From: Marsupella aquatica
Lineage: Eukaryota > Plantae > Marchantiophyta
Length of the DNA: 64,000 nt
Reading direction: 5' to 3'
NCBI GenBank assembly: GCA_973895155.1
Contig: OZ316891.1
Location: forward strand, 23,311,899 to 23,375,898
Shown: positions 11,950 to 24,134 of the stretch, piece after piece
Layout: every line of letters begins with the position of its first letter
Numbering within the stretch: position 1 is the first letter of the stretch
Position numbers and translations under genes: made by a program
The notes under the pieces: model-generated
Database searches by the model: none
Told to the model about the DNA's origin: nothing
Seen by the model: only the letters and a program-made list of their open reading frames with translations

Positions 11950-12212
11950 AGTTTGGTTTGGATTGAGATGGTCCAAATGGATACATGCACATTCAGTAGA
12001 ATATTTCCACTGATATCGTCTAGTTTTGTGTTGGACTGGGATGGTCCCAGTCCAAATGGATTCATGCACATTCAATAGACTATTTCCACTGATATTGTCT
12101 AGTTTTGTGTTGGACTGGGATGGTTTGAGTCCAAATGGATTCATGCACATTCAGTAGAATATTTCCACTCATATTGTCTAGTTTTGTTTTGGACTGGGAT
12201 GGTCCCAGTCCG
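11950..12212. repeat. 79-bp tandem repeat (about 3.3 copies) containing the hairpin core in the opposite orientation; probably intronic
   Basis: TCCAAATGGA recurs at 11972, 12051 and 12130. Each unit contains a TTGGACTGGGATGGT(CCCAGTCC)-type core. Confidence 0.9.
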
Positions 12213-13752
12213 CACCTGAGTGCCTTCAAACAAATGAGTTATAGTGGTGGACCTTGCCACCCAACGCCCTCACCAATCCCGGCACCCACGCCTAAGTGCC
12301 TCTGGTGCCCGAACGCCTCCACGGAATACCACGAGCAAGCACCTAAGTAGTGCTCTTTGCACCACCAACGGCCCCTCCCATACAAAGCCGCACTTGGTCT
12401 CTCTAACACAACCGTTACTCAACGGTCCTCACAGTCTGCACAAGCAACCAAGCACCTCGGTAAGTAACCCCTCAGGATCTAGAACTCGCCAAGTCTAGCA
12501 TCCTAACTCAAGCTCAACAGACGTTGGTAAATACGTCAGCGATAGGTCCTCCCGATGCCATAAGCCGGAACCAGAACCCACGCCCATTTTTTGTCCAGAA
12601 CAACTCCTTCCTTGGGCGCGGCACGGGTTCCCCCTCGTACTTATCCATCACCAACTGACCGCCTTGACCTCAAGACATGCTCATGGCCCCCAAATAAGCG
12701 TAGCTTGTCCCCAAAGCTTGTCTCAACACGCCCGGACCAGAATGGCCCCGGCTCTAGCAACCAACTCCCAGTTCGCCCCATTGATGGTCTAGGGCCAAGC
12801 ACCCTTGGGACTCAACCTCCCACCTACTTGGCCTTGCCTCCCCAACGCAAGCTCCCTTGGGAGACTGAACGCGGCTTGGCTGCTGTTCGACGGGATTTGG
12901 CAAGTGGGTGAGCTAACACCCACTTCCCACGAGAAACCATGGCACCTCCAGACCCAGCTGAGCTCAAGAGGACGTAGCCCTCCTCGAGAGCTTTCCAACG
13001 CACCCAAGAAGTCCTCCAACGGGAAGATATCGTCATTTTCGTTTGACGTCTTCCCTTGGTGTTGCGACCACCGCGGCTCACGACTTGGGCTCGCCCTTGG
13101 CCCCCAGGGAGACACCACTCCTCTCATATATGCTTCTGGAGACCTGCCACCCCCAGACCAACTTTGGTCCTCAATATTTGGCATACAACTAGAATCCTAT
13201 TTTGCATAACGGGCGCGCCACGAACTGGCAACGCCTATAACTCTCTTGTTAGGCATCCGCAAATGGAGTGCCTTAGCCCGTTGTCACCGGGCCGACCCAG
13301 TGCTCATGCCTAGGTCCTCAGGTCTCATCGCCGCTCAGGGCCCCGATCGGCCCAACCCGGATCGAGCCATAACTTGCGCCCCAAGTGTCCGTTGCCCATG
13401 GAGTCAACTCCATTGGCCTTGGGCCCACGCGGAGCTCACACTCAAGCCCTCAGAACTCAAAGTCCGTCCGGATGGTCGACCTTGAGCCCAGCTCATATCC
13501 CCCGTGACCCGACCAGCTCCCAGCTAGCCAAGGTCCTTAGTGAGTGTCACCAGCTTGGCGCCTTGCCTTCGCCAGTGCCACTTCCCAATGCCCACAAGTC
13601 TCCCCATGCTAAGTCCTCCCCGGATGGCCTATCTGGGCCTGGACCATAAGGGAGCTCAGCGTCAGAGTCAACGACGCGCGGAGCTAAGTGTTAAGGTAGT
13701 CAAGTTTCGTGACTATTATGGAGAACTAACAAACTTTCCTTTGCAATTGTAG

Positions 13753-15200
13753 GATTGGTTGGCTCTTGCAAGAATGACCATGGAAAGGAAAGATTGTTGA
13801 AATGTTAAATACTGGTTACTTTTTGCGGACAATGCTCTTTTTAAGTTATGGAGTTTGGTATGCCAGTTGTGGTTGGATGGAAAACTTCCCGATGGAGTTG
13901 GGGTAGAAGGAAATGAGAAGTCTGAAAAAGCAATTACTGTTGCCATGTTTCGTTGTTTTGATGGTGAGTTGATCTCACCAAGAGACATCACAAGAATACT
14001 GACACGGGTGAAGTCAGGAAAGGTATTGCTAAAGAAAGATGCCTCTAATAAATCAGACATGCCATCTATAGAGGAGTTGGCCAAAGATGTGAAGATCGTG
14101 CAGAAACTGAAGTCCCTTATTGAAGACTACTATTGCACCAAGGATGCGGTGAATTTCCCGGCAAATACTAATTGGGGGAAAGTAGTTGAGGTTCTTCCTA
14201 CGCTAGCAATTGATTCAGAGTTCAGCAGGTGTCGAAGAGCCGCTGGCGAGGTCTATCTTGCCAACCTTTTAAAGCCAAATCATACGCGGGAGAGCGCAAT
14301 CTTGCCGACGGCATTGGCATTCCACCTAGATGATATATACTGCCAAAAATTTGGTGGAGGATCTCGTTCTCGGACCCTACCATGGGTTACATTTTTTAGC
14401 GACAATCTCATGAAGACCATTGATCCAGAGTCATTCATTGCAAGAAGCTCCTCCGACCTGCCCTCTTGCCATTGTTGATTTTAGCCGGCTTCAGCAAAAA
14501 CAGTGGACTGAAGCAGAGATTCTCGTTCTCTTTGAATACATTGTGGAGCTTCCACAAAATCCAACGATTGTTGTGATGCCCGTTGTGACAATAACAGTTC
14601 ATCCTAGACAACTTGCACTGAATGTCCATGGTGCCCTTTGTAAATTGGGACAAGAGAAATCTTTGACCATTCACATTGAGTATGGGAGTTATTCCCGAGA
14701 TGATCAACCGCACCCTCATGACTCATGTTGGGGTGGGGGGATTGAAGAAGTTATCTTTGCGGGGATTTCTCGAGATGAAGATGTCAATTGTAATGAAGTT
14801 TTCAAGCCCAACAATCCAAAGCCCAAATTCTTGTATACTTCAAAGGATGTTGATTACAAAGTATGCAAGATCGACAAGGGAAAGGGGAAGGCTAAGGAAT
14901 CAGATGAGGGGACACAACACAACAACCTTAAAGTAGTTTTGGACCCGGAAGAGGCCGTCAAGATTATGAATATGGCCCCTCGATTTGAGATAGTTGGCAG
15001 TCGCGGAGGGTGGGTTAATCCTCATGCCAAACCCACACGGATGATCCAAAGGATTATTGAATCCTTGTCACAACCGGGAGATTCGGTTCTAGATTTTTTC
15101 TCGGTGCCAAGTCATGAAGACATCATTTTTTTATGATAGGGAATGCTTTGTTTATTGTGACTCTCAGTCCGAGAGGCATTTTGTGGAGCTTTTGCTTCCT
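13753..15200 (+). pseudogene. Exon 2 of the decayed gene, ending in a beta-class N6-adenine/N4-cytosine DNA methyltransferase-like fold
   Basis: Acceptor ttgcaattgtag|G at 13752. ORFs 13855..14478 and 14420..15136. NPHAKPTRMIQRIIESLSQPGDSVLDFFS matches the PF01555-type HPxxKP..LI..S.PGD.VLDPF motif. LAIVDFSR sits where DPPY/SPPY is expected. Confidence 0.6.
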
Positions 15201-15688
15201 ACCTTTGCAAGAGAGTTCCCTCACTTAAAGCCCATTGTGAATCACTTGCTGAAAATTCTCAACAATGGGCTACCACTGTTGTGGTTGTAGCTGTCACTGT
15301 TGAATCTGATGGTTTTGAGTCTCAAGATGTTGCTAACAAAGTGGCTGAAGGCGTAGAGGCATCAGAGGGGGCATATGTCAAGAATTTGGATGACCGTGTT
15401 GGTCAAGGTGAGCCTTACGATGTAGATGATGATATTGGACTTGCACCAAACCGTTCATTTGTTTTGATTTGATGACATCCCTCCGGGGCCCAATGAAGTC
15501 CAAGTTGATGATAACTTGGACAAGGATGATCCCAATCCAACAACGCCGGGAGGACAGATGGAGCAAATGGAAGGAGCAAGGGTTGATACGTTTGATCATC
15601 TTTCTTCAACCAATCTGATCAATGAAGGCACAATGAGGCTTGGAGATTCAAATGAAGCTGAAACTTAAGAATTGTCTCAGGGGGAGAC

Positions 15689-16308
15689 TATGATGCCTAG
15701 CCAAGAATCACTAGGCCCGTCACTAGGCTAGTTTAAATGATAAAATAAGGAGTAGAACCTGGAAACACATTAGTATAGTAGCAAAAAGATGGAAAATATA
15801 AACAATTAAGGGTGGCTATGGAACCCAAGCCGAGGCCGGAAGTAAGGACACCGGGGGAGGGAACACGATTAGGGTTAGGGTGCGCTAAGTGCCGACGGCT
15901 ATGGGTAACTAACGGGAAGGAAGACCAATCGGGGGGGTAAGGATCGATTGCAAGGAATGATGGCTCATTTGCAAGCACGAACTAAGCAGCCAACTACGGG
16001 AGGCCAACTACTATCAGCTGCTTAGGCAAGCACTCTGGGCGGGAGCAGGTACCGACAATCAACTCAAGGAGGGTATGAGCAACATCAATCAAGCGGCTCA
16101 TTTTTGGGGATCCCTATTAGAACGGGCAACTGAGGACATTGGGACCTACGAGGATGAAGAATCGGAGAGAGCCGCTCGGGAACGGCAGGAGCTCGCTCAA
16201 CTGTGGGAGCTGCAAAAGTCTGCCTTCTTAGGAGGAGAACTCATCATGGCTGAATTCATGTGGACACCTGCTACCGACAAACTCGGCGATCTTCTATTTT
16301 GTAAGAAC
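15689..16308 (+). mobile_element. Diverged family-A-like LTR, 5' fragment (resumes at about 17699-17797)
   Basis: TATGATGCCTAG resembles the TGTGATGCCTAG terminus. Encodes MSNINQAAHFWG..ESERAARERQELA, as in the A-LTR ORF. EVQLHFAREEDACFTAMQ..GSGLE follows the B insertion. Confidence 0.85.
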
Positions 16309-17695
16309 TGTCACGTCATCAGCCTTGGCCTTAACTCGGGCTTCAGCTTTAAACGGGCACATCCTTCGTAAATATGAGGGTTCGGGTAGGGAGGGACGAA
16401 TGTAATGCACCCAATTCATGTAAACTAGCGCTAAGTGCGCCTACTGTTAGATACGGACATCTCCTAGGTATGGTTTGTGTTCCGCCGCCGAAACGTACCT
16501 TAGTCGATAACAGGATCGACCCCGGCTTAAGGACTTCTAAGCCTTCGTGTTGTCCGCCCTCGATTCGGATGCGATGATACAGGTCCTCAACCCATGCTCG
16601 CAACCACATACCCGCAAGCTGCACCCTGTGCACGATTTGGGTAGTGCGTTCGGCCCGGCGTTGTCACCTATACACAAGATTCACACATACATACACGCGC
16701 ACAAGCATACAATCTCGATTTACACGAAGGAAATAATGGGAAAGGATTTTACTACATAGGGGACATAAGTGTACACTTGGTTGACCCGACAGCTCCGGAA
16801 TGAACAGGTTCAAGGCCGAGGGTGTACACTACAACGGAGCCCGGCTCCGCACTCGCCCGGCGAGCTTAGTCCTACCCCCTCCCCTTGGTACTCTTTCACT
16901 CCCAGAGGTCAGGACTCCCCGCATCTACCACCGATGTCCAACTCTGAGACTAAAACCCCCCCCCCTTGCCTCTACCGAGGGGTGCACTAAATACTAAGGG
17001 CCGAGGAACGGAGTGTCCTCCCGCCCAAAGATTTGCTGACTAAGGTCCTAACTAAGCTGACTGTCAGGCCAAAAAATGGCTGTCTTATTAGAAGATCCTA
17101 ATCTACGCAGGCTGGACAGCATGGCAGTGCTGCTGTAACTAAGGCAGGTGCCTGTCCCAATAGCTTGACTTAGCTATTCCTAACCCTATTCCATTCCTAC
17201 TCCACCGCTAATGTCTGGCACGCTTGCCAGAGCCGCCCGAGTGGGAGCGGTCCTCCCGCTGCCTGCAAAGTCTATCGTTGTCCAACTTGAGGAGCTCGAC
17301 TTGGTCTAGCAGAGATTCGTTCTCTCACTTCGCAGCGTCCGTCTCCTCCGCTGCCTCCTGGCATGCCTCCTCCAATTGCTGGGCGTTGCTCATCAGCTTG
17401 CCCACCAACTGGTCCTGCTTCTCGGCTTTGGTCTGAAGCCGCGCTACTTCGGCTTGTAGCATGGCTATCTCCGTAGTGTCCCGCTGGGCCCGTTCTTCGG
17501 CCTCCTCCAAGTCTTTCTGCCAAATGACAGTTTGATTCTTCAAACTATCAATTTGGGACCGGAGCCGTGAAATCTCGGCCTTGTTCCCAGCTTTGGCCTA
17601 CTCGGCTAGGGCGGTAAGGGCGTGCACCTTTGCTAACAACTTATTGGCGGCTGCAACTTTGGGTCGTAGTTGCAGAAGCTCAGCCTCTTGAGTTG
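16309..17695 (-). mobile_element. Family-B LTR fragment inserted into the A-like LTR, then truncated by deletion
   Basis: Starts TGTCACGTCATCAGCCTTGG as at 30849, is colinear with the other B LTRs, and encodes the KNQTVIWQKDLEEA coiled-coil tail. Confidence 0.9.
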
Positions 17696-17799
17696 CAACT
17701 GGAAGTGCAATTACACTTTGCACGTGAAGAGGATGCATGCTTTACGGCTATGCAGACTCGGAAGTACCAAGGCTTCATGGCCGGATCCGGCTTGGAAGA

Positions 17800-18620
17800 T
17801 GTGACGCCGATGACATGGTCCTTGTTCTATAATCTGAGTAACTAGGTTGCTATATGCAAGGAGTAGTTATTGATACCGCATAACAATTAGCAAGTTGGCA
17901 AGAATAAGGGCAATCATGGCGTTAAGAGTAGGGATAAAGGTATTTCAGCTTGGAGATTGCACAACCAAGGCAGACATAGTTGAGGTAGTCATTGTCAAGG
18001 CCACAAAGGAGAAACTGGGGAAGAGAGGATTCAGCTCTTCAAGCATACCATCTTCTTGACAAGCAAGATGGAGCATGGAGGCTCTTCAAGACGCCGATAC
18101 AGAGGTAGGCGTGGTAATTCAAGGAAGCGAGTCTCCATAGCTGAATATGAAGCTGTGGGGTATGGTGATTATGCTCAAGATGAAATCTAAATGTCTTGGG
18201 TGTGTAGCTTTATTTTGTTATTTGGGTTAGTGGTTCATAGTCTAGTCTTAGAATGTTAGGGAAATAAAAGCTATGTTGCGGGTGGTCGGCAACCATATCT
18301 CTTTCAATACGTCACCAAATCTGGATCTGTAAAGAGCATTGGAAAGATCTGGTCAAGACGAGTAAAATTGATATATAACACTTGGGAAACGGAGGTGTAT
18401 TAAGGAAGATACGGCCTGATTAGGGGTAATTGTAATGTGCAAGCAAACAGTAAAAATTTTACTCGCACGAGCAAAAACATTTCCTGCATGACCCCTATTT
18501 TTCTACATGTAACTGCCTTGCTATCAACTACCTGGTTGGTAACATCCCTGTTGGGGACTCCCTTTTTGCTAGCAAGCTCGCTAGCAATCTGGAATCCTTT
18601 AAAAAAACACAAAAAATGTA
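17800..18620. mobile_element. Unclassified LTR-like fragment
   Basis: A-LTR homology stops abruptly at TGTGACGCCGA (17800), which resembles the A/B LTR termini. The right end is not identified. Confidence 0.35.
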
Positions 18621-18625
18621 AAGGG

Positions 18626-18817
18626 TGTTGTGACATTAATTCTATCAAGATCTCAATCAATCCATCAACAACTCCAATTAAAGTATGACCAATTCATGGT
18701 CATATATATACAATGTTAGTTAGGGTAGTTATGATCCTATTCATCTCCCTTCTACTAATTCGTACCCTTTCAGGTCTCCCTATCCACTGTGTTTGGGATA
18801 ATATTTGTATTACAACA
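18626..18817 (-). repeat. 3' LTR of the copia element
   Basis: No differences from 23910-24101 by eye. PPT at 18818-18825. Confidence 0.95.
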
Positions 18818-19147
18818 CTCCCCCTAGATTGCTAATAATGTATCATTTGGTGCAATCTAATGGGTAATAAATAGTTATCCAAATGTGGTATTTCTAATCT
18901 GATTTGCCATCAGGTGTAACCTCATTAAAAACCCTCTGCTTTCTTCTAGGGATAAAAAGAGTGTTACCACCCACAATGATGGGCCAGAAAAATTTATAAT
19001 GTATGTGTTCTCTATTTTGTAAATAGAGGTAATGGAAGTTCTCGAGTATTGAAAAATATGTGTTTCAGGCTTTGTGCTTTCCTGCTTGTGGTGTATTATG
19101 GTTTAGGTCATATTGGTTGGTGAGTCGACTTATTGTGGGTACTGTAG

Positions 19148-22100
19148 TCAAGGTTTCAGGATTGAGAGTCGACGCATGCCGATGCCCTCGCAGTGTTCAT
19201 TGTGCAGGATTCTAGGTAATGGTTTCGTGAAAAGGTCAGCTCTGTTTTCTTTGGAAGGGATCCAGACTATGTTGATGTGATCCCCGTGTTGTTCTGCGGT
19301 GTAGAAAAATTTCGGTGCTATATGTTTAATTCTGTCTCCTTTTATGAAGCCCTTGGTGATTTGATTGACGCAGGGTCGGTTGTCTTCAAAGATCGTTGTT
19401 GGAGCTGTCAGGTTAGGTCTTCCGGCAGAGGTATGGATGTGGTTGACTAGTTGTCGAAGCCAAACACATTCTCTACACGCTTCGTAAAGTGCGATTACTT
19501 CAGCATGGTTCGATGAGGTAGTGGTGAGTGTCTGCTTGGTGCTTTTCCACGATACTGCAGTCCCGCCTTGAAGGAACACATATCCCGTCTGGGATTTAGA
19601 ATCGTCAGGGTCGGATAGATAACCTGCATCGGCATAGCCCATGAGTTTGTTAGGAATCGTATTAGCATAGTATAGTCCTATATCTATTGTGCCTTGCAGG
19701 TACCTGAGGACTCGCTTGATGCCGTTCCAGTGGCGGATTGTGGGTTGGGAGCTATGTCTTGCAAGTAAGTTCACTGCGAACGCTATGTCGGGTCTGGTCT
19801 GGTTCGCAAGGTACATCAATGCTCCAATGGCGGAGAGGTAAGGTTTTTCTGGGCCGAGAAGTAGCTTTGAGTCTGTTCTCTTATGAAATATATCCTTTGT
19901 AGGGTCTAATGATCGAAGGTCCATCGGTGTAGTAACCGGATATGACTTGTCCATATTTAACTGCGCTAATACCTTGCGTGTGTAAGTAGACTGGTGGATA
20001 AAGATGCCTCCCGGTAATGTCTCGATCTGTATACCAAGGCAGTAATTTGGTGTGCCTATGTCTTTCATTTCGAATGCTGCTTTTAGAGTTGCTATCGTGG
20101 TGGCAGTGAGTTCAGGTGTACCAAAAATACTTATGTCGTCGACGTAGATCGCGGTAATAATGAACTCATCTCATATATGCTTGATAAATAAGCATGGAGC
20201 TATCTCGTGATTCACGAACCCAAGAGCGAGCATTTCTGCCTTAAATCTTTGATACCAAATCCTCCCGCTCTGTTTAAGGCCATAAAGAGAGCGGAGGACC
20301 TGTACAGCAATCTTGTTCTTGGATTTCTCTTTGCTGACAGTCTTGTTCACAGGTATCTTAACCTTGGTGGGACAAGATGGTATAGCATCAAGCTCTGTCT
20401 GTTTCTCGAAAACAGTGGGGGTTGATCTGTGGTTGATCAAGTTCATCTGCATTTCTGTAGGTACAATCTGGTCTACGCCAGACTTTAGATCTGGAGATAA
20501 TGGGAGAAGTTTCTCCCCCTGAATATGGAATTTAACTCTGTTAATGAGTTCAGGCGGGGCCTGCATATAGATCTCTATGTCTAAAACTCCATAGAGATAT
20601 GCTGTGACGACGTCCATCAGGTGCAGCTTAAGTTTATGAATCAATGAGAAAGCAATTAGGTACCTGTATGTGATGGCGTCCATAACCGGGGCATAGGTGA
20701 GGTCATAGTCCTTTCCCCAAATTTGTGTGTATCCCTTTGCAACCAATCGTGCCTTGTGTCTAATGACTTCACCTTTTGAGTTACGCTTTCTTACCAGTGT
20801 AATTCTATGTCCTGTCAGGTTCATGTCGGGTGGAGCTAGACAGAGTTTGCCAAACACCTGACGGGAGATAAGTGAGTCGAGTTCTGAATTTATGGCTTTT
20901 TCCCATAGGGGCCAATCGTCTTGTTTTCGTGCTTCACTGACTGTGTGTGGCTCGGTTCGATCGGAGGAAATTGTCTCTAATATGAGAAATGAAAAGTTCT
21001 CATTAATCGCGGTGTCTTGGCGGATCCAGACGTTCCCTGTGTGTGCATAGTTCAGGGAAATTTCTTCATTGTCGGCACATGGTTCCGGTATAGTTGAGAG
21101 TAAGGTAGTAGTTGGGCGTTTGTTCCTTAGTGTCCGATCCTTGGAACCTGGTGGGCGTCCTCTTTTTGCTTTGGGTGCTGCTGCAGTTGCTGGCCGTTCG
21201 TTGATGGAGATCCGGGCAGGGGTATTTGCTGCCTCTATGTGGGATTTGGTTACATTCGCGGCGTCATTGAAGGCGTCGGGTAATTTCTCCATCATTTGAT
21301 GTAGGTGTAATATGCGTTTTACTTCATCATTGGCTAATTTGGTCCTGGGGTCATTCCAAAACTGGTCCGTAGTTTGCCACTTTAGTTGGGTAGGCTCGAG
21401 TATGTCTTGTATGTCAGTGGTGCTCAATGTAGGGAATATCTCCTCTCGAAATTGACAGTCATTGTATCTTGCTCGGAATATGTCCGCAGTCGTTGGTTCT
21501 AGATATCTTATTATCGAGGGGGAATCAAATCCAACATATATACCGTTCTGGCGCTGTGGTCCCATCTTCGTCCTCTTGGGGCCTAGTATAGGAACCATTA
21601 CTAAGCATCCGAATGTCTTAAGGTGTGATACATCTGGGATGGTTCCGTATGCCATGTGGTATGGTGAATATGAATTAAATGCTGACGGTCTGAATTTCAG
21701 TAGTTCCGCTCCATGCAGGACGGCGTGTCCCCAAGCTGTAATGGGAAGTTTTGTTTGCATAAGCACTGGTCTCGAGATCATTTGTATGCTTTTAATGAAT
21801 GATTCTGCCGTGCCGTTCTGAAAGTGGACGTAAGCCACTGAGTATTGGACTATTATACCTAGTGTAGTGCAGATATCGTCGAAGGCCGGGGATGTAAACT
21901 CGCCGGCGTTATCTATCCGGATTGTGCGAATGGGTGAGTTCGGGAATTGCGCTCTCAGCCTGAGGATCTGAGTAAGTAGGCGCGCCAGGACCAAGTTACG
22001 GGTTGAGATAAGTGATACTTGGGACCATTTTGTTGAGGAGCAGATCATCACTAAAAAGAATCGAAAGGGTCCACTTGGGGGGTCGATGGGGCCACATACG

Positions 22101-23755
22101 TCAATGTTCAGTGTTCGAGGAACGCCGGGATCCTGTGTACTGTCTTCGAGGCTGATGGTCTGATCTGGAGTTTTCCTTGTGCGCATGCTGGGCAGATTTC
22201 CTTCATAGATGTGGGCTTTACCGTATGGGGTATTCCGCGGGTGTCCTTGAGAATTCGATGGTACATTGAGGTGCCTGGGTGGCCCAGGCGACGGTGCCAC
22301 AGCTCAGTAATTGTGGGTGTCTCTGCTTCCACCTTGTATGTGTGTATCGGGGTGGCATATAGTCTTGGTGGGTGGTATGGTAATGATTCATGTATAATTG
22401 GGTCTTCACCAGTTTCTGTCAGTATCTGTAGTGAGTTATTATTTGGGCCTGAAGTTGAGCGAATCTGGTAGCCATTTTCGTGGACGTCTTGAAAACTCAA
22501 TAGGTTCCTGGTCGCGTTGGGTGCGTATATTGCAGAATGTATGTTGATCAGTGTTTTGTTTGGGAGTAGAATTCTTGCAGGGCCGTGGCCTTCCTCTAAG
22601 TTGTTGGTTCCCGTTATGGTCGTCACTAGCCGATTCGATGGTGATATCTTTTGGAAGTAACGTTTGTCTCTTAATATAGTATGTGATGTGCCATTGTCCA
22701 GGATACATATGTTATCGTCAGAGAGGGAGGGGGCCAATGTCTCATCTGTGGCGAGATGTATCTCTGGGGGTGGCTCAGAGTTCACATACTTGCTGAGGTC
22801 TGCATCGATTTCTAGGTAGTTTGCTACCGTCATTGTTTGCGCTGTGGGCAAGCTTGCCTGATATCATTTGACTAAGTTTGGTTGGGCTCGGCAGTCGCGC
22901 TTGATATGTCCGGGGCCGCCGCATCGAAAGCATTGGATGGGTGGTTTCTGGGGGTCTCATTGCCAAGAGGTCTTGCTTCGTGGAGATTGTGTCATCGTGG
23001 GTTTGTTATATCGTCCTCTCTGGAATCTGGTCTTCGTATATCGTGGGTTTGTTATATCGTCCTCTCTGGAATCTGGTCTTCGTATATCGTGGGTTTTGTT
23101 TGGCGTGGTGTCCCTGGAATCGTCCCTTGCCTTTGAATGTGTCGGCCGCTTTTGTGGAGTTATATTGTATTTCCAATTTCGGGATAGTTCCTGGTGGTCT
23201 CGTTTTAGAGTTTTGCATCAAGAGTAGGTCGTTCTTCTCTGCCAGGAGCATAACGGCAATGAGGTCTGAGTATTCGGTGAAGTGCATCTGTCGATACTGT
23301 TGGGCTAATGTCATGTTTGCTGCAGGGAAGGTCGACAGCGTCTTCTCTATCTGGTCGGCTTCCGAGATTTGTTGTCCGCATACCTTCAATTGGGAGGTGA
23401 TCCGGAATAGTGTGCTGTTGTAGCTTGCTATTGTTGGGTGATCGAGGACTCGGAGGTGTATCCAATCGTTTCGTGCTGCCGGTAGGGAAATCAGTCGGAG
23501 GTGGTCATATCTTCGCTTGAGTGCATCCCATAGCGCCCTCGGGTTGTATTCGTCAAGATATTGGGCCTGTAAGTCTTGGTCTAGGTGATGTCTAAGGATG
23601 AATATGGCTTGAGCCTTGGTCTGTAGGTTTCCATGGTGATCTGCAATTATTATGTCCCCGAGTCCCTTCGCATTGAGGACGATCTCGGCGTTTTGTGACC
23701 AGGATAGGAAATTTGATCCATCGATCTTCAATACTGGGAATTGTAATTTCTCCAT
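19148..23755 (-). pseudogene. Copia gag-pol polyprotein, disrupted
   Basis: Gag 23006..23755, CFRCGGPGHIKRDC knuckle, protease ILDNGTSH, LWHRRLGHP, integrase IRIDNAGEF, RT KARLVAKG/LYGLKQSGR/IYVDD, RNase H GYADA..IFEDN..ADLFTK. Broken by a 46-bp duplication, a frameshift near 22110 and TGA stops near 22868 and 20171. Confidence 0.93.
22994..23096. repeat. 46-bp tandem duplication in gag causing a frameshift
   Basis: ATCGTGGGTTTGTTATATCGTCCTCTCTGGAATCTGGTCTTCGTAT at 22994 and 23040. Confidence 0.9.
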
Positions 23756-23909
23756 GTATAATAAAGTGGCTCGGGGGATTCAGAAGAAATTGTCTGTCTT
23801 CCCGATTGTTTGTCTTTCAGAGGATAGGTGTGTATGGAAATTATCAGAGTTCAACGCGTCTGGTCTCTTTTAGCTCGAGAAAAATCTGAGACATCAGGTG
23901 CTGATAACG

Positions 23910-24101
23910 TGTTGTGACATTAATTCTATCAAGATCTCAATCAATCCATCAACAACTCCAATTAAAGTATGACCAATTCATGGTCATATATATACAATGT
24001 TAGTTAGGGTAGTTATGATCCTATTCATCTCCCTTCTACTAATTCGTACCCTTTCAGGTCTCCCTATCCACTGTGTTTGGGATAATATTTGTATTACAAC
24101 A
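23910..24101 (-). repeat. 5' LTR of the copia element
   Basis: Identical to 18626-18817 by eye. PBS immediately adjacent (23897-23909). Confidence 0.95.
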
Positions 24102-24134
24102 AAGGGCACCAAAAAGCAACTGAAATTTGGAACC

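Larger units (their letters stand above)
18626..24101 (-). mobile_element. Full-length Ty1/copia retrotransposon, Bianca-like lineage
   Basis: Two 192-bp LTRs (TGTTG..CAACA) and TSD AAGGG (18621-25, 24102-06). PBS CGTTATCAGCAC is the half-tRNA-Met type typical of Bianca. PPT AGGGGGAG. Domain order gag-PR-INT-RT-RH. Confidence 0.95.

Noticed and set aside
11950-12212. CRISPR-like look of palindromic repeats (also 6825-7595)
   Set aside because: The intervening sequences are repeated rather than unique spacers, there are no cas genes, and the context is eukaryotic TE DNA.
15678-15688. CAGGGGGAGAC as PPT of the A-like LTR at 15689
   Set aside because: It does not match the family PPT and no pol lies upstream, so it is treated as flanking sequence.
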